A stretch of 64,000 nt of DNA from Eledone cirrhosa (Eukaryota): positions 111,662,001 to 111,726,000 of the forward strand of contig OZ024743.1 of assembly GCA_964016885.1 (NCBI GenBank), in the 5' to 3' direction. The translations under genes were made by a program, and so were the position numbers. Below the pieces are notes generated by a model that was given only the letters and a program-made list of their open reading frames with translations, made no database searches and was not told where the DNA came from. Below, in pieces: positions 1 to 12,384 of this stretch. Numbering within the stretch: position 1 is the first letter of the stretch; the number at the start of each line of letters is the position of its first letter.

Positions 1-597
1 AAATATTAAATTGCCCCCCACTCTGCCTCTATATATAATTATATGGGTGTGTGTATTGATTCGTATATGCTCCCCCCCCCCCTCTGCTGAAACCTATATT
101 TTCTCTCTTCCCTTGCTGTTATCCTCTCTCTCTCTCTCCCCCTTCTCTCTCTCCTTCTCCCTCTTACTTTTGCTCAACCCCTCTGCTAATCACCCGCTCT
201 CGGCTAGCCTCTTCCTCGCACTTTCACTCACTCACTCTCTGCTACTCACCCTCTCTCTCACTTCCTCCATCGCCCAACACCGTACGCGGTCTTTCCTCTC
301 GCTCACACCCGCACGGTCAAACGTAGTCTTTTTTTCCTCGTCAAAATTCGGCCGTTGTTATGTTCAAAATGAATTATTGACTTGATTTTTTTCTTTTTTT
401 CCTCTCTTTACGTTGCCTCACCCATCATGTCTGTTTATATGTCGTTCTCTTTCTCCATCCACTTCTTTATATTCCAATAACTTACTTCAGATATTGTTTC
501 GCCCTAGGCTGGGGTATCTTGTCTGTAACGCGAAGTAACGCCTATGACGCCTAGTAGACAGCTGATGATAGATACTCTTAACTTCTAATTTCTATCT

Positions 598-637
<40 letters not shown>

Positions 638-639
638 TC

Positions 640-835
640 ACATAATGATTGTAAAGAGTTGGGGCGCCTAATGGCAGAGCTCTTGTCCTCTTGTCGTTCC
701 GACAGTTGCTTCTTGTCTGGATCTAACTGTCGAAATGGCAAGAGCTCAGTCGTCGCCCCCGACACTTTCTAATATAGTATCAAGTACTCTGTTGAATAAT
801 GGTCTCACTAGTTTGACACTGGTTTAATCGTGATA
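640..835. mobile_element. Diverged member of the palindromic HHR-bearing repeat family seen at 52430-53462, 56340-56531 and 59160-59352
   Basis: Imperfect inverted repeat (gagctcttgtc..cgacagtt / aactgtcg..gcaagagctc) followed by gtatcaagtactctgttgaataatggtc, which resembles gtatggaatactctggtgcgttatggtcc at ~59294; flanked by (TA)n/(TG)n. Confidence 0.5.
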
Positions 836-1683
836 TATGTGTGTATATGTGTATATGTGTATGTGTGTGTACGTAATGAGAGTGCGTGCGTGTGTATTAG
901 TATGCGTCTGTCTGCATATGTGCATATTATGATATCATTATACCACATTTTAGGTTTTACACATGTATTGAGTTCATTATTTAGTCAATGTTCCTTGTAT
1001 TTATGCAGATAACCATACTTAATTTTAATTATATACATAGAGTGAAAGAAAGAGTGGGAGAGAGATTGAGAGAAAGAGAGTAAATAAATGTGTTTCTTTT
1101 AACGTTTTACTCTCACTTCTTATAAATATATTTTGTTTTACATAATACAAAATGTTTGATCGTTTGATGTTTGCAAAGCCGAAACATTTTATTATAGAAA
1201 TTCTAGAATATATGTGTATATTTTATTAATGCTACAAAAAAATTACACCAACAAAAAAGAAACAAACAAGCTTTGGAAGAAAAATGTATTTCATTTCATA
1301 TCTTAATGCTATATATGAAAGGATAGGAAAATATAAGCAGTTAAAATATTTCACTTACTTATTGGAACTCAATGTTGTCTAATGAAATAGCTTGAAAACA
1401 TGATGGACAGCAATGTACTTTTTTCCCCTTCTCGTTCTTTTTACATTCACCATTAAAAATTTCAGTTATTTAATTTTAATCTAAGGTTAGAGTTTTCATT
1501 TTATTTCATGTTGTTTGTTTAGGTTTCTTACATAAGTATGTACATATGTACACAAACACAAACACATACGCCAGCCCACACAAACACCCATATATATGAT
1601 ACATACATGTATGTATATTTAGATTCATATTTACATAATATATATATATAAACTCACATACACACACGCATATATATAATGTA

Positions 1684-1717
1684 TATATATATATATATAT
1701 ATATATAGATAGAGAGA

Positions 1718-1794
<77 letters not shown>
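1684..1794. repeat. (TA)n(GA)n microsatellite
   Basis: Directly visible. Confidence 0.95.
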
Positions 1795-1795
<1 letters not shown>

Positions 1796-2766
1796 TTTAT
1801 GCTATAGGCATATGTATATGTACATGAATGTATACATATATATGTATATATACATATATGTATATATATGTGTGTGTTTGTGTGTATGAATGGCGTGCTG
1901 TGTGTCTAATATGCTATTTGTCTAATACGCATACACATGACGTAGTATGACTAAATATCATTGACTATAGAGCAAAGCATTTACTCGTAAGTTCTGCAAA
2001 GCTTCCTCTCCCTCTCTCTGTGGTTGTACAATGTCGACTTCACTCTTACGACAGTAAACAACATTCGAATCTATTCAAGTTGTTCTTTGGTTCGCTGTTC
2101 AGAAAAGGTTATATGGTTTAAACAGATATTTTATTCACCTAGCATGGAGATTGCATATGTGTATTTAAATCATGTAAGCCTGAAATATTTTCAATAAAAT
2201 AGCAGTCCAATACTAGATTTGGATCATCTTCCTTTTTGATCTCCAGGGCTCAATCCTGTATAAAATACCCAAGACACTCCGTGTAAGAGGACGGCATGTC
2301 TACGATGAGGAGATAGGAATCCTAGTTGACCTATTAAAAATGTGAAAATATAAACAAATTATATATATAGACGCCTTTCAATCTCTGTATTTTTATACCA
2401 AGTACCAATAAATCTCCTTGTATGCAAATGCGCCATATTATACGATGTTTTAATAAGTTATTCTGAAATAAGCCCTCTATCGTTTCGCGGGTCCAGAGTA
2501 GAGAATCATGATTAAGCGGCAACAATCAACGTAATTCACTTGAGCTGTTCTAAACTTCGTTTTACATTATTGGCAAAACGATATATTCAATCACATGAAC
2601 AATATAAACCATACTTTTGCACACATACGGACTTATTAACAATGAAAACACACACACACACATAGACATACCCACAAATATATACGTACACATATTCATA
2701 TACACGCATACATATATATACATATATATACGTTACGTGTAGAGAGAGAAAGAGTGAGTGAAAGAG

Positions 2767-2803
<37 letters not shown>

Positions 2804-3703
2804 TGACCCCACTAGGGATATACATATGAATGTGCATATTGTATATTGAATAATATAAGGAATGTTTATAAAAAAACATTTGAACCGCATTCACTATGAA
2901 GCTTTAAGCTTGTAACGATCATTTTACACTCAGACTGTAGCTCATAAACATAGGCTGAAATCTATAATATTCAAGCTTACATTAGCCTCAACAAAAACGT
3001 GGAGATAGATATGTTGTCTAGATAAACGCTAAAAGCGAGAGACTCGTCGGTTACTTCCCCCTGTAAACAAGATCCTTACTGCTTCAAACACTCTATTCAC
3101 CGTCAATAAACTACTCATATATACACCATATGCATATATATAGAACCAATCACCGAAAGCTATATACGTACGTAAGGCCCTCGGAAAAAGAAGCCAACTA
3201 TAAATAAACCAAACTCGTAAAAATCACGTTCAGAAAAACTGAGCCAATCATGAACAGAATGTCTATAGAGCTAAGACATATTACATACATATCAGTCCCT
3301 CTCCAATTCTGAATATGAGTATGAGGAAGACGGACTTTTTCAAGCTACAGCCATTAAATTTCTGTATAAGAATAGATATTAGACAATATCCATTATTACC
3401 AATGTATTTTTTTCGTTTTTCTCCCTTTCTTTCTCTCTCTCTCAGTTCTTAACATTGTTCTAACCCTCCATGCCTTTATCTCAGTAATTTACGATTTACT
3501 GCCGGCCTGGTTAGTCATTCTCTCCGTGTATCTCTCCTATTAATATTAGTTCAAGAGGTATTGCTGTAACTAACGTGTATTAATTTAAATCATTTCTTAA
3601 TTTCTCCCAACGTTTCCTACCCATATATTTGTCTTGCATTCGATTGTAGCAAATGTCTTGTCCCATATCGATATGTAGATATTTGTTCTTGTTTGGTCTT
3701 GAT

Positions 3704-3877
<174 letters not shown>

Positions 3878-4139
3878 TCTCCTACACATGCATTTGTGTT
3901 GCTTTCGATTGTAACAATATTCCTATCCCATAACGGTATGTAAATATTTCTTCTTGTTTTGCTTTGTGTATTTTTGTCAAACGTCCATTGTATTTTCAAC
4001 CTGAATCCATTGAAAGTTCCATGGATTCTATTGATGCAGTGGTGGTGAATAGTCTTGCAAAGAATACTAGACTATAATGGACAGCAATTATCCATGTGCT
4101 TGTCTAGTCCGGGTTTTCTGTTGCCAATATTTTTCAAAA

Positions 4140-4235
<96 letters not shown>

Positions 4236-5439
4236 GTATATATATATTTATTTATATATAATGAAAATGGTGGTAATTGTGATGGTAATATTAATATTCA
4301 ATCGGAGTATAAGTACCAATTCTTGTTATGCCACGATGCTTGTTTTACTATTGTTAGTGTAATATATCTTATGTAGAATAGAATAAATATGGTCATGGCT
4401 AAACATACTCAAAATAACTTTGAATAAATTCTCATAAATTTGCATTGGCAATATTGACGAAACGAATATATGACTTGCTCTTGTTGATCACCGAGCGATC
4501 GTTGATCATTAGGTGTTTGTGCGTCTCGCACAAAGTCTGCGAATGCCATCACGTTTTTTGTATGCATGTAGGATTATAACTGTCAATGTGCCTTTTCTTC
4601 CTTTTTAAACCCTATAAGGCTTGTGAGTTGAGAATACTGTTACTATTAATTTTAATATACCAAGCTATTGAGTAGTGTCTTCTACGTGATTAGATTTCGT
4701 GGAGATTTATGTTTAAATAATACATGCTCTTGATATCCATTCACATGTATGTATGTGTTTCACATACTTTTTACATTCACTTCCATATATTTAAACATAC
4801 AGTTTATAGAGAATTATGATCATAGCGTGTACACATATATACATACTGTTTTTTTATAATGGCAGACATCCAAATAATTATCGTTAGTCTTTTTTGTTAA
4901 TAATATCTCAACAAGTTTCCTAAATGTATTAATACAAACGCAACGATATTAAGTAGATTGAAAATATAGATTTATTAAAGGATTTGTTAAAGATTTACGA
5001 AAAAACGAAAAAACAAAAAGAAAAATAGCTACTTCGGATATATCTAAAATTTAAAAACAATTATCAATGCTGTTTATTGCTAACAATTTCTGGCTTTGTG
5101 CCATTGTGCCATTGTGACAAATTATTATTGTCCATTATTTCAAGCGCATTTCTACGTTGTTTCACTATCAGATAAAATTACCTCGAAATCTACTTCACAT
5201 CATAACAGACATAAAAGAAAGAGCCTTTACTTAGTATAACTGGAGATACAGTATGCTTGAAAAGAAAAAGGCTATAAGCTCATGGCGGGAATCATTTTGA
5301 CATTGAGGGTGACTGAAATGTAAAATCGTTAATTGCCATTTGAAAGATTTTGTGGAAGAGGAGAACAGAATCAGGGAGTATTTGTCACTTTTTTTTTAAA
5401 TTGTATATTTTTGTGGTAAGTGTACTATTCCTGCTCACC

Positions 5440-5615
5440 CCATACATTCAGTTACAGCCCTTTATAATTCCTGTTAAAATCTAGCCGAGCGGAAATTTGC
5501 CGTTCATCTTTACGGTGTTGGTAGAATAAACTACCACTAACCAATTGACCTCGATTTAATCGACTTTCCCCTCCCCAAAAGTGCTGGGTTGATGCCTATA
5601 AAAAAACCATTATAA
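5440..5615 (+). mobile_element. Old long-form copy of SINE family 1, tail-to-tail with a young copy
   Basis: Degenerate match (tttgccgttcatctttacgg...taccac...cgatttaatcgactttcccctccccaaaagtgctgggttgatgcc) ending at an ATT/TAA tract. Confidence 0.6.
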
Positions 5616-5810
5616 TAATAATAATTGTTTCTACTTTAGGCACAAGGCCAGCAATTACCCAGTGCATTACTGGTACTTTATTTTATCGACCCCGTAAGGA
5701 TGAAAGGCAAAGTCAACCTCGGCGGGATTTGAACTCAGATCGTAAAGGGACGTAACTATGCTGGAAAGCATGGCGTCCGACCCTCTACCGATACTGCCAA
5801 TCCACCGCCC
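5611..5810 (-). mobile_element. tRNA-derived SINE family 1, full-length young copy
   Basis: Minus strand reads GGGCGGTGGATTGGCAGTATCGG (A-box-like), GAGTTCAAATCCC (B-box), GGGGTCGATAAAATAAAGTACCAG core, then GGCCTTGTGCCTAAAGTAGAAACA(ATT)n; near-identical copies throughout the window. Confidence 0.9.
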
Positions 5811-8800
5811 TATTATTATTTCCGTTCGTTTGTTGATTCGAATTGCAGATCGCCCATGTATGTTTGTTGATATTCTATTGTTATCGAACCTGTTTTGTTT
5901 AAAAATTTGATATTATTTTATACTTAGACTAAACTGTATCTTCTGGAACCCGATAGTTTTTCTCCATCTGTAGCTTTTGTGGGGGAAAACCTGCGTTAGT
6001 TTGCCAAACACCTAATTGTTTAGTTTATACTTTGGGTTGTTGCTTTTTTTTTTTATAAGACGAGAAACGACAAAGATTCCTCCGCTATATTCAATAGTGG
6101 TCTTTCAGAAAAGGAGAACAACTGGCTATCCAGCACCATCAATACTGTCACCACTACCAGCAAGGCAACAAAGAAAAACACCACTAACAGTACCGCCAAC
6201 AACAATAACAACAACCGTTACAGTATAACAACAGTAACAGTACCAACAACAAAAAACGGCTGGTTGTCTAGAGGATTGAACAGCAAAAAGTTCAAAGAAT
6301 GCCTGCAGCAGTGGCAGAAAACAACACCAGCAACATATCTGAACGGGAAAATTACGAGGCGAACTTCTCGCCTTTAAAAATATAACACCCCTTCACAATA
6401 ACAACTAAGTAAACTAAACACATCAAAGTACATCTCTAACATGAACGCTGTCATAACCACTACCATGGCCACCACCAGCCACACCACCACCACCATAACC
6501 ACAACAACCAGCTCCACAACACAACAAAAATGTTACAGAAAAAATATAACCGTAACACAGACAACAACGAAAACACAAATGGCAAGAAGAAATAGAAAAC
6601 GACAATAAAACCAGCAACAAAAACAACATTGACAACACAATATATTTGCAGCAAAGTCTGCAAAGGCAACTAAACTGTTCCTCATGAACATTAAAGAAAT
6701 GGGACCTGCATGATCCAAGTGGCGAAACTATTAAAAGTAGAAAAATAATTGACTGACGTAGATTCCAACATTCCGAAGCGCTGGTACAAAATTCCCCCAA
6801 AATAGAGTTACAAATGCATGTCGGTAAATTCAAAACGGCCGTAGCCTGTATATGTAGACAGGTGTTGAAAGTGCACTGAAAGAGGTAATGCTCAATATTC
6901 AGCAGTTTGCGAGTGCCACGTATTATGCGAGCTTTTCAGTGCTCTTTAAAAGTGAAGCTCTAGCCGTGAAACACTCCCTGTTACACCCTTCCAACGATAA
7001 GCATATCCTCTACCCAATTCATTTAGGAGTACGTACGGTAGGTGTCATCGTGTCAGGGATTCCCCCGGATGTTCTAGAAAGAAGTGATTACCTTCCTCGT
7101 ATTGAAAAGAACCAGACGAGAAAATTAGTTATGGTTATGTGTAGAATTACTACCCCACTTCAAGCCAGATGATCAGATAGCACCTATAAGATCCTAAAAC
7201 TTTATCGCTTCTAGGTGTTGACCTATGGATTCTGGTTGAAAGCAAATGACCTCGCTGCCATCTGTCTGAGCAAATTAGTCACTTGCGAGGGCTTTCTATC
7301 CAAGGTACTCAGAAACCATTTACAGCCAACGCCAGAACTCCAAAGACCACAACAAAGACAACACCAACAGAGACAAACAATGACAGTGACACCATCCTCG
7401 ATTACAGCAGCAAAATAAACAAATGCAACACCAACAACACCACCAAAAGTGCCAGCAGAAGCAAAAGCACAAGCAAAGGCAACGTAAAAAATACCCAGGG
7501 GTCTCCCAAGGAACCTGTCACTCTTTCCCTCTTTCCATCAGCCTGCTCTAAACACAGACACGCTCACAAACACACACAAACTCTCACCCATATCAGAGAC
7601 AGGATCCGCAGAGACTGGTACCTCTTCATTTAGAACTGAAGAAGAGGTGGGGACTACCAACAAAACAAAAACCCAAACAAACAAAAATGCACACAAACAA
7701 TATCATCTTTCCTCATCCAACAAACATACACACACATCAGAAAGAACAACACAAAACTCACCAAAACCACAAATTTCAGAGAAACCACCACGAAAAACTC
7801 TAACACTAATACAACCACAATTACTCACAAAAATACACAACAGGAACAGCAGCACAAAACTCAGGAGAAACACTAATATCAACATGATAACTAAAAACTG
7901 CAGTGTCAGTACCAACACTATTGACAACAACACCAGCAACACAAGCAGCACACAAATCAACACAACATGCAGCAGCAAGAATAAAAACATACAGCGTGAA
8001 AAACACCAGAGAATCCTGCAAACGAAGCTCTCCCTCTCTTTGTCGCTTTCCCTGTCTCTCTGTCTTCTCTAAACAACAACTCACTCATAGACACCCACAC
8101 AAACAAAACTACCCTCTCACTAACATCCGAGACAGATTTCACAGAGATCGAGACCTTCATAACTCTTGTTGACAATGAAGGAGATTCTCCAAAACCAAAT
8201 AAATACAAAACGAAATCCCCTTGCTTCACACCAACAAACACACCAGAAAACGCAGTAACGGCTACCACAATGAATACAGACACAGCTACAACACCAAACG
8301 CTTCCACCAACTACATCACAAGCACTACCCACCAAACGAAAACACTCACAAAAGCAATCAACCACACACATAGCAAACTTCATGCTAGTGAGGTGGGCCA
8401 ACGAAGAAATGATGACTCTCATAGCACAAAATAAATCAGAGATTTTCGGCACCACCATTTTTGAAGTGCCTGACACGCTAATAATGGTGCGAATGTCGAT
8501 GGACGCCAACAAGAATATTAGGTAGGGCTTCCATGAAAACTTGAGAACTAGTAATATATAAGCCACGAGTAGGCTTTTAAAGACACACACCAGACACACA
8601 CACAAACCAAAGCCCACCTTATATGGAGGTTAAACTGCTAGACAAGCGAGTCTCTTAAAAGGCAACACATTCCTAGAAAGGATTCCAGACCTTTCTTTGA
8701 AAGTATTGCTTTTAATGTTAGCGGGGGATTAGAATGACATATTGGAGCCATGCCAGTATTGAGTTAGTGTAGCCCACAGAAATGGTCCGGATCAGGCAAG

Positions 8801-9848
8801 TTCTGATTAGATTTGTGTGGACCTGAACCAACTATATATTGTTACGGGATCGAATATAGATACGTTTTTTCATTGGGTGAGTAGATAGGGAAAGCATAGG
8901 GTGTCCACAATTCCAAACGAACGCCTATTCATGTCACAAATCCATGATCCGCATGGTCGACCTAGAACCGGGGACATTCTTACGAGCAGCTTATGGCTTT
9001 ATACACGGCGCGTAAAGCTAAGAAAGACCTATTCAACACTAGCTAAACGTAGATTGACATGGAATATCGTCAATAGTCCCTGGGATGCCCTAAATAGAGA
9101 GATTCAAGTTGAATCAATAGCCTTTAGTAAAGTAGTAGCAATAGAATAAAGAAAGTAATAGATAAGGATAGTATAGCTTTTCTACGCTTTCAAGTGGTAG
9201 CCTATTCAGAGCAAAATGTGTGATATGTATGCTCGAATTAGATACGACACCCAGATTAGCACTTGGTTACTGGAAGTTAACTATGTCGTTTCTGGCACGT
9301 AGAACTTGCAGGGACCAGATCAACAATTTAGTCAAGCAAACTTTGTCAGGACTTTGTCATCAACGACTGGTGGTGTGGGGCTCTCTGAAGAGAGAAAGTA
9401 ATTTCGATTGTTTTTAGCAAAAAAGTAGTGCTAGCGAAAATAGATAGGAAAAGGATCTGGTAGCTAGACTAGTAGAGGCGAGTAGATGGCATTGCAACCG
9501 ACAGGCTAGCAGCGATAATATCATTAGACCATTTCTTCAACGTTGCATTGTCAGAGCTAAGGAGCCTGCCCTATGAAACGTGGGAAAAAAGCTAATCCTT
9601 AAGTCCCAGTTTCAAAGTTGCAACGTGGTAAATGAACCACAAATCGCTGCGAAAAGCATTGAACAACAGCCATTATTCGTAAGGCACTGACCAAGTGTAC
9701 GAGCCGCACAGTTGGGACAGTCTGCCATACGAGTTTTACTTAGATACTAGATCACCCATGACCCTTTGGGTCACGTTCACTTCAAAATATTTTTAAATAA
9801 TTAAAATATACACAGACATGTATATAATGTGAAATGAAACTGGAAGGC

Positions 9849-9883
<35 letters not shown>

Positions 9884-10014
9884 GATAAATCTACCAAGAG
9901 TTTACGGTAGTGTCCAATCCGTATGAAGAACTCAATGTATTCCGGATATCATGGAAAGAAGAAATGTAATGAAAAATCACTTTCGGTGAAAGATAAACGG
10001 TATACAGAGTCAAG

Positions 10015-10422
10015 ATAAAATATTAAACAAATAATGAATAAACAATTCCTTATATTAAACAAAAAAAAGTTCATTATTTAACGATCGTTTCTAGGATATA
10101 TATGTGTGTTAGAGTTGGCATGCATATTCAACAGATCTATGTACAAAATTATACAAAATTATACAAACTATCAAGATTAAATATACATACCAACACATAT
10201 ATACGCCGTCTTCAGAAATAATTTATTATTTCTGAAGACGGCGTATATATGTGTTGGTATGTATATTTAATCTTGATAGTTTGTATAATTTTGTATAATT
10301 TTGTACATAGATCTGTTGAATATGCATGCCAACTCTAACACACATATATATCCTAGAAACGATCGTTAAATAATGAACTTTTTTTGTTTAATATAAGGAA
10401 TTGTTTATTCATTATTTGTTTA

Positions 10423-10431
<9 letters not shown>
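10015..10431. repeat. Near-perfect palindrome (~208 bp arms, 2-nt spacer) carrying an HHR-like motif in each arm
   Basis: 10015-10222 is the reverse complement of 10225-10431 apart from an A8/T7 indel. Confidence 0.95.
10221..10377 (+). ncRNA. Type I hammerhead-like motif with long stem II
   Basis: TTTATTATTT-CTGAAGA-(~115 nt)-GAAAC-GATC-GT-T-AAATAATGAA: 10-bp stem I and palindromic stem III; stem II base is non-canonical. Confidence 0.6.
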
Positions 10432-10500
<69 letters not shown>

Positions 10501-10812
10501 CGTGTGTGTATGTGTATATATATATGTGTGTGCTTGTATACATATATATATGCATGTGTGTGTATATATATATATATATAGTATGGTCCATCTGGTTCCT
10601 TACAACAATTCCTTCGTTATATATATATATATGTGTGGGTGTCTGTGATCTATATACCCCCTTCATAGTCACGCGCACACATATATATACACACTCACAT
10701 ATATATATTCACAACACCACCAGCTCTCTCTCTCTTCCCTTCTTCTTCTCTGTCTCCACTCTATGTCTCTCTTTCAATCTACTCTGTTACAACCACTATC
10801 TCTTTCTCTATA

Positions 10813-10877
<65 letters not shown>

Positions 10878-12384
10878 ATGAAGGTATCCAGAAAACCCTA
10901 TATCTCGGGAACCCTTGATTTGATTTACGCGAAACTTGTTTTATTCCATTTGTATTCTTATTTCAGAGCATCTTCCTTTCAAAGTATTTTCCCATCATGC
11001 ACCCTTTTGACTGTATTACATTACAGGCAAACAAGCAATCACAGAGATTTAGTAATATATAGTTAGATGCCAAATTTGTTCTCCGATCTACTCAAAACTG
11101 TTTGCTACAACTGACAGGAGAACGGGGTCATTCCTATTTCTATGAATGGAGGCCCTGTAATGGTGATGCGGAAAGACGAGAACAGTGGGGACGTATTTGA
11201 TAATTTCTGCTAAACGCAGACCTTAGGAAATTGGTCAAGAAGATAGCTACGGCGTTGGCACTTGTGGTTGAGAGACTATAATGGAACTTCAGATGTGTGC
11301 AATCCCAGCCAGGTCCATATACGACTATCTAACCTCATGCTAACCTCATGCGATATTTCATCTGGTGGTTAAGGATGAATCTGGCTGATAGATCAATTTG
11401 AACAAATCGAAACCTTTTGATATGTTCGTCCATCATTACCTGGAAGCTTCAGTGCAGATCCCTGCGATGAATAGCAGTATCTGCTTGGTGGTCAAAATAT
11501 GGGGCCACTTATATGAACCATTCCAGTTCACAATCTCGGTCCATCATATGTGCTCTCTCTCCTCCCTTCTGTACATATTGACTGTCGAGCCAGTACTGCG
11601 GACATCAGGTCTGTTACAGTGCATCATGCTCGACCAGGGACGTGGAAGGACTGCGGCGAAAGTTCTGAAACCAATTTGCTCGGCAACTTATTTGAGGAAT
11701 ATTAAATGTTGAAAGGAGCAGAGTGTGTGACTTTGCACCTTGAAATCTAGAGAAGCAAATATATGCCTTTCAACTGCGTCGTCGGATGCTCGGCGGACGG
11801 TTGCTTGGGGCCCGGGTTGGGCCAGACCTCCAAGTGCATGAGAACTGGAACGAGATAACAAGTAATTGCCCATTCTCAGTTAGAAATGTGTATAGAGAAA
11901 GCTATTCCTGAAAGGTCGGTGGTGCTAGTAAACATCTATACCACGTCTGATATCTATTAACTCCAGACCATCATGTCATTCCTCAGTTCACACCCTACCA
12001 AATTTGAACTCTTGGGCTTAAATGTCTCGTGAAAGGGACAGGTTCTATTTGTAAAGTGATCTATACGCTGTCATAGGCACCCATTACAAGGGGGACTGGG
12101 AAGCGGAGGCTGATGGAGTAACATACTTTGAGGCTCTGGCCACTCCAGAAATTCCTAATCGGTGGACAGGTTTGTTTGCCATTTGTGTGTCATGTCTTTC
12201 CGAAGCATCTTAGTGCTACCGGGAGAGGAGGGCACTGCAAGTTCGAGGTAAACTCTACAAGCAGGGATGTTCAGTCAAATAGACCTGTTTGCGGTGCAAG
12301 CAGAGCGTCAAAACCGTTCTGCATGCACACATCCAGTGTCCGTGCATTAATAATTTGTGTAGTTTTGTTAAACAGCCATGTTCA

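Noticed and set aside
511-578. CTGATGA flanked by paired segments (gtatct/agatac, tgtct/agaca) as a hammerhead or twister
   Set aside because: No GAAA-stem III-UH in the required position and no twister consensus could be assigned
5611-5810. SINE heads as tRNA genes
   Set aside because: A/B boxes are present but there is no cloverleaf; dispersed copies have tails and TSDs
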